IMG/VR virus record: IMGVR_UViG_3300014638_000008
Span: 1-28,498 of that record
DNA: 28,498 nt
Origin: a virus
Lineage: Duplodnaviria > Caudoviricetes
Strand: one strand, 5' to 3'
The notes below the pieces were generated by a model. The model was not told the DNA's origin and did no database searches. It saw only the letters and a program-made list of their open reading frames with translations. The translations under genes and the position numbers were made by a program. Below, piece after piece: positions 24,159 through 28,498 of this stretch (position 1 is the first letter of the stretch; each line of letters begins with the position of its first letter).

Positions 24159-24338
24159 ATGGTGTACAAATTCATCGAAGACAATAAGCGAGACGTTGTG
24201 GGTTTAATCTTCGTCGTACTCGGCGTGCTGGTTGCGTTCTTGATGCCCAGCTGCCGGACCATGGGCGAAGGCATGTTCACTGCTGGAATGCTAGCACTTA
24301 ATCTGCAATCCTCAACGAAGGATAACGGATCGCAATGA
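24159..24338 (+). CDS. Small membrane protein (59 aa), holin candidate
   Basis: Manually translated as MVYKFIEDNKRDVVGLIFVVLGVLVAFLMPSCRTMGEGMFTAGMLALNLQSSTKDNGSQ. GGAG precedes the ATG; ATGA overlap with the next gene. Confidence 0.7.
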   Translation: MVYKFIEDNKRDVVGLIFVVLGVLVAFLMPSCRTMGEGMFTAGMLALNLQSSTKDNGSQ

Positions 24339-24694
24339 AAGTCATTTACGTTGCCGGACCTTTTCGAGCGGCCAATGCCTGGGAGATTGAGCAAAACGTA
24401 AGACGCGCCGAGGCTGCGGCACTTGAGGTTTGGCGTGCTGGCGCAGTGGCGATATGTCCTCACGCCAACACAAGATTCTACCAAGGCGCGCTGCCAGATG
24501 CGGTATGGATGGAAGGCGAGCTAGAAATCCTACGGCGCTGCGATGCAGTGCTGGTGCTGGAAAACTGGAAGGTCTCAACTGGCACGTTGATGGAGCTCGT
24601 AGAGGCCCAAGGAAGATCCATGCCGATTTTCTATTCTATAATGGAGCTCAATGCCTGGCTCTCCAGAGAGCATAAATTCGATGCGGCAGTTTGA
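24335..24694 (+). CDS. DUF4406/DUF1937-like protein (nucleoside deoxyribosyltransferase-like fold)
   Basis: Motifs VIYVAGPF, CPH.N and LRRCDAV..L..W..S.G...E. Confidence 0.85.
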   Translation: MKVIYVAGPFRAANAWEIEQNVRRAEAAALEVWRAGAVAICPHANTRFYQGALPDAVWMEGELEILRRCDAVLVLENWKVSTGTLMELVEAQGRSMPIFYSIMELNAWLSREHKFDAAV

Positions 24695-25055
24695 AACCGG
24701 GGCCACGCGCGACGCCGACACAGACAAGCTCGACTACGAAGGCTTTCTTTCACCGCTTGTCCTGGAGCGATTTGCGCGCTACATGCACAAACATCGCATT
24801 CAAGCGGACGGCTCGCCCCGCGATTCGGACAACTGGCAGAAGGGCATCCCGCGTGAGGCTTACATGAAATCCGCTTGGCGGCATTTCATGGTTTTTTGGA
24901 CGGCGCACCGCGGCTGGAATCCTGCGACTGCCGACGAACTAGAAGAGTCAATCTGTGCGCTCATTTTCAACGCCCAGGGCTACCTCCACGAGCATCTGGC
25001 GATTCGCGGGCTGAGTGCGGAGGTAAGTTTACATGGCCAAGTCAAAACCGATTGA
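24681..25055 (+). CDS. dATP/dGTP diphosphohydrolase-domain protein (DUF5664-like)
   Basis: Motifs RQFETGATRD....K.DY, DNWQKGIP...Y..SAWRH and CALIFN. Confidence 0.82.
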   Translation: MRQFETGATRDADTDKLDYEGFLSPLVLERFARYMHKHRIQADGSPRDSDNWQKGIPREAYMKSAWRHFMVFWTAHRGWNPATADELEESICALIFNAQGYLHEHLAIRGLSAEVSLHGQVKTD

Positions 25056-25317
25056 GCATATCGGATTAAAGCTGGACGGAAAGCCATTCGAGCCTAACAG
25101 TCGGCCCAGCTGCGCCACAATCGCAAACTTCTTGCGGGGCAGTCCCGCAGATGAAGTGTACACCACGCGCGAGTTGGCGCGACGGTTTAAGGTTAGCGAA
25201 ACAGCCGTTTTGAGAGTCGCGCGCGAATTTTCAGGCCTCAGCGTAAGATACAAAGGAGGTCTGATATATGGTTCCCGTCGAGCGATAGAAGAGCTAAGGA
25301 GGCAACTTGAAACTTAG
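25033..25317 (+). CDS. Small HTH-like protein
   Basis: YTTRELARRFKVSETAV is an HTH-like segment; overlaps both neighbours. Confidence 0.6.
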   Translation: MAKSKPIEHIGLKLDGKPFEPNSRPSCATIANFLRGSPADEVYTTRELARRFKVSETAVLRVAREFSGLSVRYKGGLIYGSRRAIEELRRQLET

Positions 25318-26212
25318 CGAGATTTTAGCCCCAGCGAACGAACTCCAGGAGCTGGCCAGTGAGAATCTAAAAGACAAAATCGAGCGCATCAAAGGGCGCC
25401 GCAAGCACGTCGCCAAGATCTCCAGGCCGGCACAGCCATCTGCCTTCCCGGAGCTTTTCGTGGACATCCCCGCTTCCTGGCCTTATGTGGACGTCTGCCC
25501 ACTCTATGATGTCCACCGTGGGCATAGCAGGCATCTGGATTCGCTGTTTAGACAGCACTTGACCTGGATGCTGCGCAACCCTTACTTGCTAACTTTTGAT
25601 GGCGGGGATTTTAGCGAGTTTGCCTCTAAGCTTTCCGTGGGATCCGGCGTTTATGAACAGCGCCTCAAGCCAGATCAGCAATTCGAAGATGCGCTACTTA
25701 TCCAAGCGCGATTGTGGCGCAAAATGCTTTTCAAGCTTCCCGGAAATCATGAGCTGCGGGCAACAGTCCTGGGCATCGACTTAGCGCGCTGGATTGCTAC
25801 CTGGTTGGGCATTCCCTACTTCCCAGATTTCTGTTTTTGCACCATCCGATTTGCCGGCAATAATTTCCGCATCCTCGCCCACCACGGCACGGGCGCGTCA
25901 ACCACCGCCGGCGCCCAGCGCATGGCGGCGCGCAAAATGTTGCCCTGGGCGCGGTGCTTTGATGTCTTCTGGACGGGACATCTTCACAACTCGCTCGTGG
26001 ACGTGGTTTATCAAGTCGATCACGACCAAAAGACTGGCCGAGCCATGGAGCGTAATGCCCTCGTAATCATCGCACCTTCCTATCTGGGTTATTTCGGGAC
26101 ATACGCCGCGCAAAAGATGTATCCCCCCGGCATGCCGGGTTTGCTGCCCATTCGACTGCAAAGAGACGGCCGCATCGACGCCAGTATTCATGCCCGTGGG
26201 CGCCGGTTATAA
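25307..26212 (+). CDS. Calcineurin-like metallophosphoesterase
   Basis: DxH (YDVHRG), GD (GGDFSE), GNHE, HHG and GHLH motifs. Confidence 0.9.
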   Translation: MKLSEILAPANELQELASENLKDKIERIKGRRKHVAKISRPAQPSAFPELFVDIPASWPYVDVCPLYDVHRGHSRHLDSLFRQHLTWMLRNPYLLTFDGGDFSEFASKLSVGSGVYEQRLKPDQQFEDALLIQARLWRKMLFKLPGNHELRATVLGIDLARWIATWLGIPYFPDFCFCTIRFAGNNFRILAHHGTGASTTAGAQRMAARKMLPWARCFDVFWTGHLHNSLVDVVYQVDHDQKTGRAMERNALVIIAPSYLGYFGTYAAQKMYPPGMPGLLPIRLQRDGRIDASIHARGRRL

Positions 26213-26222
26213 TCAAAAATAA

Positions 26223-26648
26223 ATGCCTTGCGAGAATGCCATGATGCTATTTGATCCGTCACCAGGACAAATTGTCGATCGCATGACAATCCTGACTCTT
26301 AAACGCACCAAAGCGCTGGCAAACAACATCCCCGTGGCTGCAATCGATGCTGAGATAGCGAGGTGTAATGCAGTTCTCGATAAATTTAAGGAAGCCCATC
26401 CCGAAAAGGTTCCACGATTCAATTGCCTGGCCAGCCTACTCCTATGGCGAAATAATCGACAGTGGTGGCTGGAGGACGCGGTACGCTCGCACCTTAAAGC
26501 CCTTAACGACCCACCGACGTATGACCAACTAGCCGAAGTGGTTCAGATCGAAAAGCAGAATGCCATGGGAAACGAAGCTCGCGCGCTGCTGGTCCGGGAG
26601 ATCGACAAGCTCTTCGGTGTTGAGCCCGAACTAAAGGCTTATTCATGA
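26223..26648 (+). CDS. Hypothetical helical protein (DUF6165/DUF4254-like)
   Basis: Pattern SPGQIVDRMTILTLK ... N...W.LED.VR ... N..RA.L..EID. Confidence 0.65.
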   Translation: MPCENAMMLFDPSPGQIVDRMTILTLKRTKALANNIPVAAIDAEIARCNAVLDKFKEAHPEKVPRFNCLASLLLWRNNRQWWLEDAVRSHLKALNDPPTYDQLAEVVQIEKQNAMGNEARALLVREIDKLFGVEPELKAYS

Positions 26649-27571
26649 ATTACATCGTCTCGACTACCATTCATCCACTGTCCGAGGCGCTTCGAAAATT
26701 CGATGCGTTGCCCGATTGGCGGCTAATCGTGGTCGGTGACCTCAAAACTCCGCCCGATTTTAAACTCGATCGTGGAATCTACGTCAGCCCCAAAGATCAG
26801 GAAAGTTACGATCGCAAGCTCTCAAACGCCATAGGTTGGAACTGTGTACAGCGCAGAAATCTCGGGATATTGATAGCGTATGAGGCAGGGGCCGAGGTGA
26901 TTGCGCTGGTTGATGACGACAACATTCCCTACGAAAGTTGGGGGCAAAATCTACTTCTCGGTCGCTTAATTGAAACCCACTTCTACGTTGCACCCTCCTG
27001 CGCGCCGGCGTTTGATCCAGTGGGTGCATTAGTGAGTCACCTGTGGCATCGTGGATTCCCCCTGCAACTCCTGGACTCCCGCGATTATGGCCATTGCATG
27101 ATCCAGCGCGTCTGCCCCGAAATTCAGGCAGATTTTTGGGATGGAGATCCCGACGTCGATGCCATCTGCCGGATGGAACACAACCCTGTTTGCCGCTTTG
27201 GCCCAGCCTATTTTCCCATGGCAAGTAATAAGCCGAGTCCTTTCAACAGTCAGAATACTTTCTTACTCAGACGTGTCTTGCCGGATTATTTTCTTGCTCC
27301 GGGCATCAACCGATTGGAAGATATTTGGGCCTCCTATTATGTGCAGGCTCGTGGTTTTAGGGTAGTTTACGGCGCTCCAAGCGTCTATCAAAAGCGAAAC
27401 TCACACTGCCTAACCCGCGACATGGTGCAGGAATTCCTTGGCTATGAAAAAACCATAAACCTCATTCACGATCTCGCACAAGATCCTCGTCGCATCTACG
27501 ACTATCTCCCAGCGGCGGCAAAGCGCGCCTGGCAACTCTATCGGAGGCACTTCGATGGCACCGAAACTTAG
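26645..27571 (+). CDS. STELLO/RGP-like (GT75-related) glycosyltransferase
   Basis: Motifs TTI, VVGDLKTP, RRNLG, VDDDN, W.RGFP, DGDPDVDAI.R, PFNSQNT and R..DIW.SY. Confidence 0.82.
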   Translation: MNYIVSTTIHPLSEALRKFDALPDWRLIVVGDLKTPPDFKLDRGIYVSPKDQESYDRKLSNAIGWNCVQRRNLGILIAYEAGAEVIALVDDDNIPYESWGQNLLLGRLIETHFYVAPSCAPAFDPVGALVSHLWHRGFPLQLLDSRDYGHCMIQRVCPEIQADFWDGDPDVDAICRMEHNPVCRFGPAYFPMASNKPSPFNSQNTFLLRRVLPDYFLAPGINRLEDIWASYYVQARGFRVVYGAPSVYQKRNSHCLTRDMVQEFLGYEKTINLIHDLAQDPRRIYDYLPAAAKRAWQLYRRHFDGTET

Positions 27572-28208
27572 CCTGCTTCATGCGACTGCGCGGCCCGCAC
27601 GCTGGGAGGCCGTTCACCGCGCTTGGGGACAACTCTCGGCGTGTGCACGAGAGATAGAATATGTTCTGGTGCCAGAGTGGGAATTCGGAAAAGCACCAAC
27701 CACGAAGTTTGGAGCGTTTCTTGTACAACGCAACACGGGGCGCCCGTGCTTGGTTGATGCATTCAACCAAGCGGCCGCGCTTTCGACCGGAAAAGTCCTG
27801 GTCGTAATCGCAGATGACTTTTTCCCATTTCCGAATTGGGATACAGCGTTGTTGGATGTGTTAGGATATAAAAGCGATCAACCGGCTGTCGTGTGGGCGT
27901 CTACGCAGGGATCAAACGACGCGCACTTTATCGTCCACCCAATCCTGACCCGTGCTTACTATGAGCGCTACGGTTACATATTCTGGCATGAATATGAGGC
28001 CTGGTACGCGGATAATGAATTTAGCGACGTCGCTCATCGAGATGGCGTGGTAATCGATGCTCGCCAGCGCCTAAGATTCGATCATCGACATCCGTCCCGA
28101 GGGTTGGTCGCGAGTGACGAGATCAATCTGCGGCAAGACAAACGCGGAGCCACCATCTTTAAGGCCATCTATTATCGGCGTAAGCGAGAGGGATTTCCGC
28201 GTGCGTAA
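27555..28208 (+). CDS. GT-A fold glycosyltransferase (GT2-like)
   Basis: Motifs LSLLHAT.RP, V.AFN.AA..STG.VLV.IADD..P..NWD, YADNEF and H.HP. Confidence 0.82.
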   Translation: MAPKLSLLHATARPARWEAVHRAWGQLSACAREIEYVLVPEWEFGKAPTTKFGAFLVQRNTGRPCLVDAFNQAAALSTGKVLVVIADDFFPFPNWDTALLDVLGYKSDQPAVVWASTQGSNDAHFIVHPILTRAYYERYGYIFWHEYEAWYADNEFSDVAHRDGVVIDARQRLRFDHRHPSRGLVASDEINLRQDKRGATIFKAIYYRRKREGFPRA

Positions 28209-28498
28209 AGACAGCCCTTTAGGTGTTACGCGCATCACGCAGGATTTTTTGACGCCACCCTTGCTGAGTGTGCTGATTTGCGGATTAGAGTCTCGTTGGA
28301 CGCAAACCAAATCACTGTTCAGAGCCCTCAAGATACAAGCGGACGCTCTGGAGCACGCCAATGGGGTTGAAATCCTCTACAACCTCGATGGCGGACAGAA
28401 AACCGTGGGTACCAAACGCAACGAGTTGTTGGCTGCTGCACAAGGTGAGTACTCCTGTTTTATAGACGATGATGATCGGATTTTCGGCGACTATCTAG
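28201..28498 (+). CDS. GT2 glycosyltransferase, 3' truncated by window
   Basis: Manually translated as ...PLLSVLICG...VEILY..D....TVGTKRNELLAAAQGEYSCFIDDDD; start codon uncertain. Confidence 0.85.
   Translation, partial: MRKDSPLGVTRITQDFLTPPLLSVLICGLESRWTQTKSLFRALKIQADALEHANGVEILYNLDGGQKTVGTKRNELLAAAQGEYSCFIDDDDRIFGDYL

Overview
The window is the late (morphogenesis) region of a long-tailed phage or prophage, with every credible gene on the + strand. The head module is HK97-like: 3' end of the large terminase, portal, prohead protease, major capsid and head-tail connectors. It is followed by tail tube, a frameshifted tail chaperone pair, tape measure and an RcGTA-like tail tip (DUF2460, DUF2163, NlpC/P60, g15/J-like). 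After that come a lysis cassette and a nucleotide-metabolism/glycosyltransferase block. The main oddity is eight short tandem-repeat tracts, seven with 7-nt and one with 8-nt period. Their units differ, and they sit at gene or domain junctions. One lies in a 39-nt in-frame, stop-containing, CTCC-bounded segment that splits the central tail-tip gene, and an inverted pair brackets the capsid gene. Other oddities: the DUF2163 hub gene is split by a ~2.7 kb insertion; the portal is fused to a histidine phosphatase; an initiator-like tRNA(CAT) sits between two tail genes; a fibre-like protein in the neck module carries a signal peptide; and there are four glycosyltransferases. All family assignments come from motif recognition and gene order, not database searches.
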